The position numbers were made by a program, and so were the translations under genes. From NCBI GenBank assembly GCA_964420405.1, contig CAYQTL010000006.1:11483-75482 (forward strand): 64,000 bases of DNA, in the 5' to 3' direction. This document shows positions 17,671 through 27,198 of the stretch, piece by piece; positions within the stretch are counted from its first letter, which is position 1; each line of letters starts with the position of its first letter. Source of the DNA: an uncultured Thermoanaerobaculia bacterium (GTDB lineage: Bacteria; Acidobacteriota; Thermoanaerobaculia; Thermoanaerobaculales; Sulfomarinibacteraceae). The notes under the pieces are model-generated. The model had not been told where the DNA came from and did no database searches. It saw only the letters and a list, made by a program, of their open reading frames with translations.

Positions 17671-20600
17671 GTGAGCGCTCGGACCCCGACCTCCGCGGAT
17701 GCGTTGCGGGCGATCCGACGCCTCCACCACCTGCTCGATCGCCACGGGGACATGCAGGGGCTGATCCGGGATTCCTGCGAGACCCTCGCGGGCGGGCTCG
17801 GCTACCCGGGTGTACGGATCGCTCTGCTGGGCGACACCGCGCCCCCGGTGGTCGCTGTGGCCGGGACTGGAGCCGGCGGGCTCGGTGCGCCTACGGACGC
17901 CGGAGCCGAGGTCGGTGGGCTGCCGCCGTGTCTGGCGTGGAGCATCGCCGACGGCGCGACCGTCTCGACTCTCCCTCCCTCTCTCGAGTGCGAGACATGC
18001 TGGGTGCCGGGTGGGGCGCCCCGGGAGGCGGTCGAGTGCCGGCGGGTCATGCTCGGGGGCTCGGGGACTGCGATCCTGTCGGTGGCGCTGCCACAGGGTG
18101 CCGGTGGGGCGCCGGATGAGGAGAGTCTGCTCGGCGGACTCGCGGACGTCCTCGCGTTCGTGGTGCGGGCCGCCGGTACCCTCGAGCGAGGGCCGTGGTT
18201 GGACGAGCTGCTGCTGCGGTCAGGGGAGAGCTTCACGCTCGCGTTCCGCGCAATCCCTGACGCCATGCTGCTGACGACGGCATCAGACGGTCGGATCGTC
18301 GAGGTCAACCAGGGCTTCACAGCGATGTCGGGGTTCGCCGAGGGGGAGGCCGTGGGGCGGACGACCGCCGACCTGGGACTCTGGATGGACCCTTCGGACC
18401 GGGAGACGTACGTCGGCCGGGTGCTGCGGGACGGTTCGGTGCGCGACCTCGAGATCCGCCTCCGGAAGCGGGACGGGTCGCCGCTCCGCGGGCTCGTGTC
18501 GGGGACCACGATTCCGACCCGGGAGGGAGAGCTGGTTCTCAGCATCGTCCGAGACGTGACCGAGCAGCGACGAGCCGAGGAGGCGCTCAGGGAAAGCGAG
18601 CGGCGTCTTCGCAGCTACCTCGAGCACGCCCCTCACGGGGTCTTCCTCTGCGACCGCGAAGGGCGGTACCTGGACGTCAACGCCGCCGCGGCGCGGATGA
18701 CGGGTTACTCCGAGGAGCGGCTGCGGACGATGACCGTCGAGGACGTTGCCTGGCCAGTCGACGGAGGGGTCGGCCGCGAGCACTTCGAGCGGCTGCTCTC
18801 CACCGGCGCGTCCACAGGCGAGGTGGCGTACCGCCATGCCAGCGGTGAGAAGCGATGGTGGAGCCTGTCGGCTGTCCGCTTGGACGACGACCGCTGTCTC
18901 GGATTCGCGGAGGACGTCACCGAGCGGCGCCAGCGCGTGGAGCGGATCTCGCTGCTCGGGATGATGCTGGACCAGGCGCCTGCCGCGATCACCATCCACA
19001 CCACCGACGGGCGCTTCATCTACGCCAACCGGCAGGCGGTGCGCCTGCACGGCTACGACGACGAGTCGGAGTACCTCGCACTGAACCTGCACGAGCTCGA
19101 CGCTCCCGAGAGCGAAGCGCGGATCGCCGAGCGCATGAGGTCGATCGCCGAGACCGGCGAGGCCCGCTTCGAGGCGGTCCACTTCCGGCGCGACGGCACC
19201 ACGTTCCCACTCGAGGTTCTCGCCACGCAGATCGACTGGCACGACGAGCCGGCGATCCTCAGCATCGCGGCCGACATCTCCGGGCGCCGAGAGGCCGAGG
19301 AAGCCCTCAGCGTCGCGCTGGAGAAGTACCGCGTCCTGTTCGAGGCTTTCCCGTTGGGGATCAGCGTCACCGACGAGCAGGGCCGGATCGTCGAGGTCAA
19401 CCGGGAGTCGGAGCGGCTTCTCGGTGTCGCCGTGGGCGAGCACCTCGAGCGGACCATCGCCGATCCAGGCTGGCGGATCGTGCGGCCCGACGGCAGCGCG
19501 ATGCCGCCGGAAGAGTACGCGAGCGTACGGGCGTTGCGCGAGCGGCGCGCCGTGGGCAACGTCGAGATGGGAATCGTGCGGCCGGATGGAGCGACCACCT
19601 GGATCAACGTCACCGCGGCGCCGATCCCGTTGCCGGGGTACGGCGTGGCGATCACCTATGGCGACGTCAGCTCCCGGCGGCAGGCCGAGGAGGAGCGGGA
19701 GAACCTGCGCGAGCAGCTGCAGCAGGCGCAGAAGATGGAGTCGATCGGCCGGCTGGCGGGTGGAGTCGCTCACGACTTCAACAACATGCTCGGCGTGATC
19801 CTGGCGCGTGCCGAGCTGATGCTCCTGCAGATGCCGATGGACGCGACCTGCCGTGAGGGTCTGGAGGAGATCCGCACGGCGGCGCTCCGGTCGGCGGACC
19901 TCACCCGGCAGCTGCTCGCTTTCGCGAGGAAGCAGACGATCGCACCTCGCGTGCTGGACCTGAACGCCACCGTCGGGAGCACACTGGCGATGCTGCGGCG
20001 GCTGATCGGCGAGGACCTCGAGCTGGAGTGGCGGCCTGGGGCCGAGCTCTGGCCGGTGATGATGGACCCCGCTCAGGTGGACCAGGTGCTCGCCAACCTC
20101 TGCGTCAACGCCCGGGACGCCATCGAGGGTCCCGGGCAGGTGACGATCGAGACCGCCAACGTCGTCATCGACCAGGGCTCGTGCGGCCTCGGCGAGGGTC
20201 TTCGGCCGGGCTCGTACGTGCAGCTGACGGTCAGCGACACCGGCTGCGGCATGAGCCGGGACGTGCTCGGGCGGGTCTTCGAGCCGTTCTTCACCACCAA
20301 GGAGATGGGGCGGGGAACGGGTCTCGGTCTCGCGACGGTGTACGGCATCGCCCGGCAGAACGCAGGAGCGGTGCGGGCCTACAGCGAGCCAGGACAGGGG
20401 AGTACCTTCAAGATCTACATCCCGGCGGAGGTCGGTGGGGTGGTGAGCCCCGTCGTCGAGACGCGAGCGACGGTCCCGTCGGCGCGGGGTGAGACGATTC
20501 TGCTGGTCGAGGACGACCCAGCGATCCGCGAGGCGGTGACCGGGATGCTCGAGCAGCTGGGGTACGCGGTGCTCTCCGCCCCCGAGCCGGATCAGGCGCT

Positions 20601-20859
20601 GGAGGCCGCTCGCCGGTATCCCGGTCGGATCCACCTGCTGATCACGGACGTTGTGATGCCACGGATGAGTGGTAGGGAGCTGGCCACGGAGGTCGCCGCG
20701 GCGCGCCCGGGAACTCCGGTCCTGTTCATGTCGGGGTACACGGAGAACGTGGTCGCCCACCGGGGTGTTCTGGACGAGGACGTGAGCTTCCTGCAGAAGC
20801 CGTTCTCCCTGCAGCAGCTCGGGGCGACGCTGCGGGAGCTGCTCGATCCCGCCAGCTGA
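17671..20859 (+). CDS. hybrid sensor histidine kinase/response regulator with GAF-like domain and four PAS domains (1062 aa)
   Basis: GTG 17671 after GAGGAGG. Four PAS cores are present ([68 protein letters not shown]). H-box [17 protein letters not shown] boxes [25 protein letters not shown], and a C-terminal receiver (ILLVEDD...[13 protein letters not shown]). Confidence 0.9.
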   Translation: MSARTPTSADALRAIRRLHHLLDRHGDMQGLIRDSCETLAGGLGYPGVRIALLGDTAPPVVAVAGTGAGGLGAPTDAGAEVGGLPPCLAWSIADGATVSTLPPSLECETCWVPGGAPREAVECRRVMLGGSGTAILSVALPQGAGGAPDEESLLGGLADVLAFVVRAAGTLERGPWLDELLLRSGESFTLAFRAIPDAMLLTTASDGRIVEVNQGFTAMSGFAEGEAVGRTTADLGLWMDPSDRETYVGRVLRDGSVRDLEIRLRKRDGSPLRGLVSGTTIPTREGELVLSIVRDVTEQRRAEEALRESERRLRSYLEHAPHGVFLCDREGRYLDVNAAAARMTGYSEERLRTMTVEDVAWPVDGGVGREHFERLLSTGASTGEVAYRHASGEKRWWSLSAVRLDDDRCLGFAEDVTERRQRVERISLLGMMLDQAPAAITIHTTDGRFIYANRQAVRLHGYDDESEYLALNLHELDAPESEARIAERMRSIAETGEARFEAVHFRRDGTTFPLEVLATQIDWHDEPAILSIAADISGRREAEEALSVALEKYRVLFEAFPLGISVTDEQGRIVEVNRESERLLGVAVGEHLERTIADPGWRIVRPDGSAMPPEEYASVRALRERRAVGNVEMGIVRPDGATTWINVTAAPIPLPGYGVAITYGDVSSRRQAEEERENLREQLQQAQKMESIGRLAGGVAHDFNNMLGVILARAELMLLQMPMDATCREGLEEIRTAALRSADLTRQLLAFARKQTIAPRVLDLNATVGSTLAMLRRLIGEDLELEWRPGAELWPVMMDPAQVDQVLANLCVNARDAIEGPGQVTIETANVVIDQGSCGLGEGLRPGSYVQLTVSDTGCGMSRDVLGRVFEPFFTTKEMGRGTGLGLATVYGIARQNAGAVRAYSEPGQGSTFKIYIPAEVGGVVSPVVETRATVPSARGETILLVEDDPAIREAVTGMLEQLGYAVLSAPEPDQALEAARRYPGRIHLLITDVVMPRMSGRELATEVAAARPGTPVLFMSGYTENVVAHRGVLDEDVSFLQKPFSLQQLGATLRELLDPAS

Positions 20860-20902
20860 GGCGCCGCGCACCTTGCCTGCGGCGCCCCTGTAGGATGTCG
20901 GG

Positions 20903-21496
20903 GTGGGGGTGACATCGAGCGCACGCAGGTCCGCCGCTCCGGCACGCGGCGTCCGCTGGCTCCGGGTGGGGGGGCTGCTCGTGCTCGCCTGGTGGACGGT
21001 GCGACTGGCGACGGGAGCTGCCGACTGGTGCTTCATGGACTTCGTCAACCTCGCCTTCCACGAGGCGGGGCACGTCTTCGCGACGCCGTTCGGCCGCACC
21101 GTCCACTACCTCGGCGGAACCCTGGGCCAGCTCGCGGTCCCGGCGATTCTCGTGGGCTACTTCCTGGTGCGACGGCACCAGCCACCCGGGGCGGCGTTCG
21201 CCTTCTGGTGGCTCGGCGAGAGCCTCGTCAACGTGGCCACCTACATGGCCGACGCCCGCACCCTGGCGCTCCCCCTGGTGGGGGGTGGCGACCACGACTG
21301 GAACGAGCTGTTCTATCGGTTCGGGGTCCTCGACGAGCCGTCGGTCGCAGCCATCTCCGGGACGACGCGAGGGGCCGGGGTGGCGGTGATGGTGCTCGGC
21401 CTGCTGTGGTGGGTCGCCCTCGCCGCTCCCGACCGGATCCGGGACCGGATCCGGCGGGGGCTGCCGGACGATCGCCTGCAGGCGCTGCTCGACTGA
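20903..21496 (+). CDS. integral membrane protein with HExxH motif (peptidase M50B-like)
   Basis: GTG start 44 nt after the kinase stop. Several hydrophobic helices. FHEAGHVF zinc-protease motif at the end of the first helix. Confidence 0.75.
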   Translation: MGVTSSARRSAAPARGVRWLRVGGLLVLAWWTVRLATGAADWCFMDFVNLAFHEAGHVFATPFGRTVHYLGGTLGQLAVPAILVGYFLVRRHQPPGAAFAFWWLGESLVNVATYMADARTLALPLVGGGDHDWNELFYRFGVLDEPSVAAISGTTRGAGVAVMVLGLLWWVALAAPDRIRDRIRRGLPDDRLQALLD

Positions 21497-21550
21497 CAGG
21501 TCCACAGCCGCGCGGCGCGATTCGGGCGGCGCCCGCACACCGTCGCGACT

Positions 21551-21726
21551 CCACGTCGCTCCTTGGGCGAGCGGCACGCCGGCAGGCGTGCCCGGAGTCG
21601 AAGAACCTCCCCCGGGCTCTGCCCGTCGTCCGCCTCCGATCCCGATCCCGATCCCGATCCCGATCCCGATGGCAGCGGTCCCGTTCAGCGACAGCGGCAG
21701 GTTCAGCGTCAGCAACAGGGTCAGCG
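21551..21726 (+). repeat. (GATCCC)n mosaic intergenic element, copy A
   Basis: Stem-loop GGCACGCC-GGCA-GGCGTGCC (21573..21592), then GAGTCGAAG, then 5.5 tandem GATCCC units (21638..21670), then a CAGCGR-rich tail. All three frames give dipeptide runs (DPDP/IPIP/RSRS) with no protein-like context. Confidence 0.8.
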
Positions 21727-21805
21727 TGCACCCCGTGGGCGACCGCGGTCGCCCCGCTCCTCACGCGTCCGTGGCCGCGTTCGTGCCCGATGCGGCGGAA
21801 GGGGC

Positions 21806-21978
21806 AGCGGCAGCGACGGCGCAGCTGGTCGGTCCTCGCGGACAGACACCGGACCCGTCGGGATCGGGATCGGGAACGGGATCGGGATCGGAGGCGAACG
21901 ACAGCCAGGGCTCGAGGGAGATCCTTCGACTCCCGCCACGCCTCTCGGCGTGCCGCTCGCTCAGGATGACGTTGTGGA
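21806..21978 (-). repeat. (GATCCC)n mosaic intergenic element, copy B (inverted relative to A)
   Basis: The reverse complement aligns with copy A: GAGCGGCACGCC..GGCGTGG..GGAGTCGAAGG...CGCCTCC plus GATCCC GATCCC GTTCCC GATCCC GATCCC (core 21860..21891). Confidence 0.8.
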
Positions 21979-22077
21979 GGCGGTCGTGACCCCCCCCGAC
22001 AACGACCGGTGCACCGAGAGGCGGGCAGGCGGTCGCCACGCAGCCGGGGAGGTATACTCGTTCCAGAGGAGAATGCG

Positions 22078-23037
22078 ATGCAGATGCGATCTCACGTACG
22101 GGTCGTGAAGACGATGGTTGCGGCGGCGGCGATGGTCTTCGGCCTGGTCGGACCGGCCGCGGCCGAGAGCATGCTCTCGTTCGTCCACGTCACGACGCCG
22201 GACACCGTCTCCGGGTTCCTCAGCAGGATCGATCACCCGTATCTGAACGACAACCCGGATGCGCGGGTGTTCGTCACCCAGGCGTGGGACTTCGCCGGCG
22301 GCCAGGGGTCCCAGAACGACCGCGCGGTGGGCGTGCGGTACGACACGGACTTCGCCGGCAACGGACGGTGGAGCATCTTCAACCAGGAGGTGCAGTACGC
22401 CATGGAGGCCGGGCTGCTGTTCCACGTCGTGGTCGCCGGGGAGGGCGCGTCGGTCTTTCCGCACCTCGCGAGCCATGACAGCATCCAGAACATCGCCTCG
22501 ACGGTGCAGTGCCCTCCCGAGTGGGACTTCGTCTGCTTCGGGGCGGCGTCGAACCTGGCGGTCGGCCACACGCTGGACGCGATGGGCCTGCGTGGCGCGA
22601 CGATGCCGGCGCCGTACTCGGTGCTGGGCGGTCCGTCGCCGGTGGTCCGCGCCGAGTCCACCGATCCGGACCACTACCCGAACCTCCGGCCCGGATCGCT
22701 GTTCTGGATCCTCGTCGGCAGCGAGGCGCTCGGCGGGGGGCGGGCCTTCACCCACACCGCGACCCCCGCCAACACCTCGTCGTGGGCGACCGTGCTCGAC
22801 GATCCGCGGCTCAACGGCCGCTCCGATGCGGTGCTGCTGGTGTCGCGCAGCGGCCCCGCCGGGCCCACCCAGAACGAGCACATCGGGCTGCTGTACGCCG
22901 ACGACGGCACGGGCGAGAAGTGGTCGGTGATCCACCAGACGACGACGCCGGTCCCGGACGGGGCGATGTTCACGGTCTTCCTGCCGCCGATCATGTCCGA
23001 CGGCTTCGAGAGCGGCGACCTGTCGTGGTGGGACTGA
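22078..23037 (+). CDS. secreted protein of unknown function with an internally duplicated domain and a C-terminal GFESGD tag (319 aa)
   Basis: ATG 22078 after GAGGAG, with a TATACT hexamer at 22053..22058. Signal peptide MQMRSHVRVVKTMVAAAAMVFGLVGPAAAES. N- and C-terminal domains align with each other (F.H..TP...S...D.P.LN..DA..V....QN...G..Y..D...WS......G..F.V). Ends IMSDGFESGDLSWWD. Confidence 0.85.
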   Translation: MQMRSHVRVVKTMVAAAAMVFGLVGPAAAESMLSFVHVTTPDTVSGFLSRIDHPYLNDNPDARVFVTQAWDFAGGQGSQNDRAVGVRYDTDFAGNGRWSIFNQEVQYAMEAGLLFHVVVAGEGASVFPHLASHDSIQNIASTVQCPPEWDFVCFGAASNLAVGHTLDAMGLRGATMPAPYSVLGGPSPVVRAESTDPDHYPNLRPGSLFWILVGSEALGGGRAFTHTATPANTSSWATVLDDPRLNGRSDAVLLVSRSGPAGPTQNEHIGLLYADDGTGEKWSVIHQTTTPVPDGAMFTVFLPPIMSDGFESGDLSWWD

Positions 23038-23077
23038 GCGTCGCTCTCCACCGCCGCACGACCACCCGCGGCAGGCC

Positions 23078-23141
23078 CGCAGCACGCCCCGAGAGGCGGG
23101 CGTCCGCCCGCTCCGATCCCGATCCCGATCCCGCTCCCGAT
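23078..23141 (+). repeat. (GATCCC)n element, copy C
   Basis: CACGCCCCGAGAGGCGGGCGTCCGCCCGCTCC followed by GATCCC x3 plus GCTCCC (core 23115..23141). Lies in the convergent intergenic region between 22078..23037 and the AbgT gene. Confidence 0.7.
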
Positions 23142-23301
23142 GGAACGAAGCGCCGACCTCTGACACGACATACCGGCACACCTGCCGACGGCCGCGCCCC
23201 GGCAGCCGGGTCCTATGCCCTCGCGGACCCGTCCGCGGCTCGCGCTCGATGCCCGAGGCGCCCGGGATCCGGATCGGACGACCCGGTCGGCAGTCCGCCC
23301 C

Positions 23302-24861
23302 CTACGGGTGCGTGTAGGTCGCCTGCAGCCCGAGCGGGATCCCGAGCGCCCAGTAACCGAGCAGGAACAGCGTCCACGCGACCAGGAACACGAGGCAGAA
23401 CGGCAGCATCAGGGCGACCACCGTGCCGATGCCGGTGGAGGTCACGTACCGCTTGCAGAACACCACCACGAGCGGGAAGTAGGGCATCAGGGGGGTGACG
23501 ATGTTGGTCGCCGAGTCGCCGACCCGGTAGGCAGCCTGGGTGAGCTCCGGCGAGATGCCGAGCTGCATCAGCATCGGCACGAAGATCGGGCTGAGCAGGG
23601 CCCACTTCGCCGAGGCCGAACCGACGAGCAGGTTGACGCCCGCCGTGAGGCCGATGACGCCGACGACGGTGGCGGCCGCGGGCAGCCCGAGCGACTGCAG
23701 GGTGCCCGCCCCCTTCACGGCGAGCAGGACGCCGACGTTGGAGCTCCCGAAGGCGTCGATGAACAGCGCCGCGAAGAACGCCATCACCAGGTAGTAGCCC
23801 ATCGACCCCATCGACTCGCTCATCCCGGCGACGATGTCGCGGTGGCTCTTCACCGTCCCGGAGGCGTAGCCGTACACGACCCCCGGGACCAGGAAGAAGA
23901 TCATGATCAGCGGCACGATCGACTGCATCAGCGGGGCCGCGAACGAGGTCAGGTCGCCGTCGGGGGCAGCCAGGGCCGTCCCGGGGAGCATCGACCATAC
24001 GGCGAACACGAGTGCGCAGGCGACGCCGCTGCCGAGCGCCAGGGACAGCGCCCTGCGGTCCCGCGCGGTCAGCTCCTCGATGTGCGGCATCTCGTCGGGG
24101 TCGCCGTCCACCGGGGTCCGGGCGAGGCGGGGCTCGATCACGCGGTCCGTGAGGTACCAGCCGAGCAGTACGATGAGGATGCTCGACACGCCGGTGAAGA
24201 GCAGGTTGCACAGAGGGTTCACGAGCCGGTCCGGGTCGACGATCTGGGCGGCCGACTGGGTGAATCCCTGCAGCAGCGGGTCGATGCCCGACGGCAGGAA
24301 GTTGGCCGCGAACCCGCCGGAGACCCCCGCGAAGGCCGCCGCGATGCCCGCGAGGGGGTGCCGTCCCGCCGCGTAGAACACCGCCCCGCCGAGGGGGATC
24401 ACCAGCACGTAGCCGGCGTCGGCCGCCGAGTGGGAGACGATCGCCACGAGGATCAGCATCGGCGTCAGCAGCAGCGCCGGCGTGAGGTTCATCAGCGCCT
24501 TGAGGCCGGCGTTCACCAGCCCCGTCTTCTCGGCGACTCCGACGCCGAGCAGCGCGACCAGCACAACGCCGAGCGGGTGGAAGCCGGTGAACGTCGGCAC
24601 CATCGTCGCGAGGAACTCTGCGAACGCCTCGCCGGACAGCAGGTTGACCACCCGGATCGGCTCGCCGGAGGCGGGATGTCGCTCGGTGAACTCGATCCCG
24701 GCGAGAAGGCTCGAGGCGACCCAGGTCAGGATGAGCATCGCGAAGAACAGGACCGCAGGGTCGGGCAGCGCGTTGCCGACGCGTTCGATCGCGTCGAGCG
24801 CCCGTCCCACCAGGGTGCGTCCGGGTCGAGGGTCCTTCTCGTCCGAGCGGGCGGCATGCAT
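23302..24861 (-). CDS. abgT: AbgT-family (p-aminobenzoyl-glutamate / MtrF-type) transporter
   Basis: 519-aa polytopic membrane protein. The N-terminal LDAIERVGNALPDPAVLFF matches the AbgT family signature. Gly/Ala/Leu-rich helices throughout. Confidence 0.85.
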   Translation of the reverse strand: MHAARSDEKDPRPGRTLVGRALDAIERVGNALPDPAVLFFAMLILTWVASSLLAGIEFTERHPASGEPIRVVNLLSGEAFAEFLATMVPTFTGFHPLGVVLVALLGVGVAEKTGLVNAGLKALMNLTPALLLTPMLILVAIVSHSAADAGYVLVIPLGGAVFYAAGRHPLAGIAAAFAGVSGGFAANFLPSGIDPLLQGFTQSAAQIVDPDRLVNPLCNLLFTGVSSILIVLLGWYLTDRVIEPRLARTPVDGDPDEMPHIEELTARDRRALSLALGSGVACALVFAVWSMLPGTALAAPDGDLTSFAAPLMQSIVPLIMIFFLVPGVVYGYASGTVKSHRDIVAGMSESMGSMGYYLVMAFFAALFIDAFGSSNVGVLLAVKGAGTLQSLGLPAAATVVGVIGLTAGVNLLVGSASAKWALLSPIFVPMLMQLGISPELTQAAYRVGDSATNIVTPLMPYFPLVVVFCKRYVTSTGIGTVVALMLPFCLVFLVAWTLFLLGYWALGIPLGLQATYTHP

Positions 24862-24912
24862 GGCGACGTCCTCGGAATGGGATCTGGTATCGGCGCGGTG
24901 GCTCGGTCAGAG

Positions 24913-24935
24913 AACACCGGAGAGCCCCCGGTGTT
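24913..24935 (-). terminator. hairpin after the hydrolase gene
   Basis: AACACCGG-N7-CCGGTGTT (8-bp stem), 66 nt downstream of the 25001 stop on the reverse strand. Confidence 0.4.
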
Positions 24936-25000
24936 TCCCGGGCGTCCGCGGGCCGGACGCGGGCAGGGCGTCGCGCGACGTCCGTCGGCCGCCTGCGCGC

Positions 25001-25858
25001 TCACGCCTCCGAGGCGGCAGACGTCCCGAGGAACGCGGACAGCTCGCGGTTGACGACGTCGGGGTGCTCGACGTGCGGGAGGTGGCCGCACCGGGGCAGG
25101 GTGACCAGCCGTGCGTGTGGCAGCCGCGCCGCGAGGGCCCGACCGCGGCGGACCGGCAGCCACGGATCCTGCTGGCCCCAGAGCACGAGGAACGGCGTGG
25201 CGATGTCCCCGAACCCGGCGCACGTCCGCTCGAACCCGGTCGAGAAGAAGTCCCGGGCGAGGCTGGCGAGGGTCGCGAAGTAGTCGGGCCGGCGTGCCGC
25301 GACCCGGTACTCGGCGAGGAGCTCCGGCGTGACGACCTTCCGGTCGGACACCAGCGACTCCAGGACCCGCCGGAGCAACCAGGAACCCGCGAGCCGCCGC
25401 GCGAGCCGGTGCAGGCCGGGAACCGCCATGGTCCGACGCCAGGGGCGGTAGGAAACGGGTGCCAGGAGGGCTGCTCGGGAGATCCTCGCCGTCGCGGAGA
25501 AGCACAGCCACAGTGCGATCGCGCCGCCCATCGAGTGACCGACGATGGCGCAGCGGTCGATCTCGAGGGCATTCAGCACGGCGAGCGTCCACGCGGCCTG
25601 GTTCTCGACGGTGAACCGGTACGTCGGCTCCGGCCGGAACGAGCGGCCGAGGCCGGGCTGATCGACGGCGACGACGCGGAGGCCGGCGGCCGTCAACGCC
25701 GGTGCCGTCCGGTGCCACGTGAAGATGGAGTCGCCGTAGCCGTGCACCAGGAGCACGGCTTCGCCGGTGCCAGCGTCGATGCAGTGGAGCGTCCGGCCGT
25801 CGATCGTGATGTCCCGGCGGTGGGGCTCCGCGAATGCCCGCCAGGCGTCGTCGACCAC
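25001..25858 (-). CDS. alpha/beta hydrolase fold protein (285 aa)
   Basis: GTG 25858 lies 2 nt after the MerR stop. LLVHGYGDS oxyanion region, nucleophile elbow GHSMGG, C-terminal CGHLPHVEHP catalytic His region. Confidence 0.85.
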   Translation of the reverse strand: MVDDAWRAFAEPHRRDITIDGRTLHCIDAGTGEAVLLVHGYGDSIFTWHRTAPALTAAGLRVVAVDQPGLGRSFRPEPTYRFTVENQAAWTLAVLNALEIDRCAIVGHSMGGAIALWLCFSATARISRAALLAPVSYRPWRRTMAVPGLHRLARRLAGSWLLRRVLESLVSDRKVVTPELLAEYRVAARRPDYFATLASLARDFFSTGFERTCAGFGDIATPFLVLWGQQDPWLPVRRGRALAARLPHARLVTLPRCGHLPHVEHPDVVNRELSAFLGTSAASEA

Positions 25859-25860
25859 GG

Positions 25861-26427
25861 CTAGATCTCGCCGGTCCAGGTCGCCCACCGCCGGATCCGA
25901 TCGATCTCGTCGTCGGGGAGGCACAGGAACTCGAGGAACTCGCGGTGGCGCTCCGGTGCATGCCGCTCGAATGCGGCGTGCCAGCGGCGCATGTCCTCGC
26001 GGGTGAAGCCCGCGGCCTCCAGCAGACCCGTCCACCGCTCGCGGTCCATGACGCCCACCCGACGGTCGCGGTGCTCGGTCCGGAGCAGTCCGACGATCAC
26101 CCGCTGCTGCTCCCGCAGCGCGGCGATCTCGTGGTTGAGCTCCTCCAGCCGCTGCTCGAGAACCGCCGCCAGCCGGTCGTCGGGGGCGTCGAGAATCGAG
26201 CGGATGTCCGCCAGCCGCACCCCGGCGGTGCGGTAGCGGCAGATCTGCTCCAGCCGCGCGATGTCGGCGGGGCCGTAGCGGCGGTAGTCGCCGTCACCCC
26301 GGCGGCACGGCGTCAGCAGACCGATCCGGTCGTAGTACAGCAGGGTGCTGCGGGACAGGCCGAACCGACGTCCGGCGCGGCCCACGGTCAGTCCCTCCGG
26401 CGGGATCTCATCGGTGGAGGTGGCCAT
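25861..26427 (-). CDS. MerR-family transcriptional regulator (188 aa)
   Basis: Internal ATG 26427. HTH GRRFGLSRSTLLYYDRIGLL, followed by a coiled-coil (LEQRLEELNHEIAALREQQ). Confidence 0.85.
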   Translation of the reverse strand: MATSTDEIPPEGLTVGRAGRRFGLSRSTLLYYDRIGLLTPCRRGDGDYRRYGPADIARLEQICRYRTAGVRLADIRSILDAPDDRLAAVLEQRLEELNHEIAALREQQRVIVGLLRTEHRDRRVGVMDRERWTGLLEAAGFTREDMRRWHAAFERHAPERHREFLEFLCLPDDEIDRIRRWATWTGEI

Positions 26428-26896
26428 GGTGCTCCCGGAGCATGGTGCCATGCTCGAGGTAGTGGTCAAGGCGCCGGTTGAGCCTTTCGATCCGGGCGTC
26501 GTACGCCGCCTGCGAGCGCGCCTCGAGCAGTCGGTCCCCGGTGGGCCGCAACGACGTCTCGACGCGCTCCCAGGTGATGCGGCTGCCGCCTTCCTCCGAA
26601 AGCTCCAGCGACACCGCCAGGCGGCCGGCGAGTCCGGCGTCGCTGAAGATCGCGAACTCGATCCGTCGCGGCGGCTCGAACCTCGTGACCATCCAGATCT
26701 CGTGGCCCTCGATGCGTGTGGTGAACAGGCAGTCCAGCTCGGCGTGGCCGCTCTCCGGGAGCAGGGTTTCGGATCGCCAGCCCTCGATCCAGTGGTGCTC
26801 GCACAGCGGGCACAGCTCGGGGAACACCCGCTCGGGCGGCGCCGCCAGCTCGCCGGTGGCGGTGAATCGGACGCGTCGGGGCCGATGGTCGTGCAT
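26408..26896 (-). CDS. SRPBCC-superfamily (START/AHSA1/cyclase-like) protein
   Basis: ATG 26896 (MHDHRP) after GGAGGT; ATG 26908 is an alternative. The 3' end overlaps the MerR start by 20 nt. Composition and length fit the SRPBCC fold; the family call is tentative. Confidence 0.7.
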   Translation of the reverse strand: MHDHRPRRVRFTATGELAAPPERVFPELCPLCEHHWIEGWRSETLLPESGHAELDCLFTTRIEGHEIWMVTRFEPPRRIEFAIFSDAGLAGRLAVSLELSEEGGSRITWERVETSLRPTGDRLLEARSQAAYDARIERLNRRLDHYLEHGTMLREHHGHLHR

Positions 26897-27029
26897 GGGG
26901 ACCTCCATGCCCCGAAGATGGACCGTGAAGCTGTAGTCGGGTCAAGGCCCTCCGGAGGACTCCTGCCGATCTCGACAGAGTTCCTCCGTGCCCGCGTCCG
27001 TGTCGGTGCCCGGCGACACGGCCCGCGAG

Positions 27030-27075
27030 GCCCGGCTTCGACCGCCCCCGCCTTCGATCCCGATCCCGATCCCGA
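27030..27075 (+). repeat. (GATCCC)n element, copy D
   Basis: GGCTTCGACCGCCCCCGCCTTC followed by GATCCC x3 (core 27056..27075), between the SRPBCC gene start and the scramblase-like gene stop. Confidence 0.7.
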
Positions 27076-27198
27076 CACGAGGAGCCCGCGCCCGCGTCCG
27101 TGCGTGCCCGACAATGCGGCGGGTGGCAGCGGCGGCGGCAACGTCGGCGTGAGCCCGCGGGCGGGTCCGGTCGTCTCCTTCCCCACTCCGCGGCGGCC

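Noticed and set aside
18283-21099. 938-aa reverse ORF antisense to the histidine kinase
   Set aside because: The kinase frame has PAS, HisKA, HATPase and receiver motifs, and the antisense translation is low-complexity.
21563-22108. ORFs translating the hexamer arrays as DPDPDPDP, PIPIPIPI, RSRSRSRS or GIGIGIGI peptides (also at 23.1, 27.06 and 28.09 kb)
   Set aside because: The dipeptide runs are a direct consequence of the 6-nt DNA repeat and occur in all frames and on both strands. The flanks are not protein-like and have no SD or start context, so I treat them as non-coding repeats.
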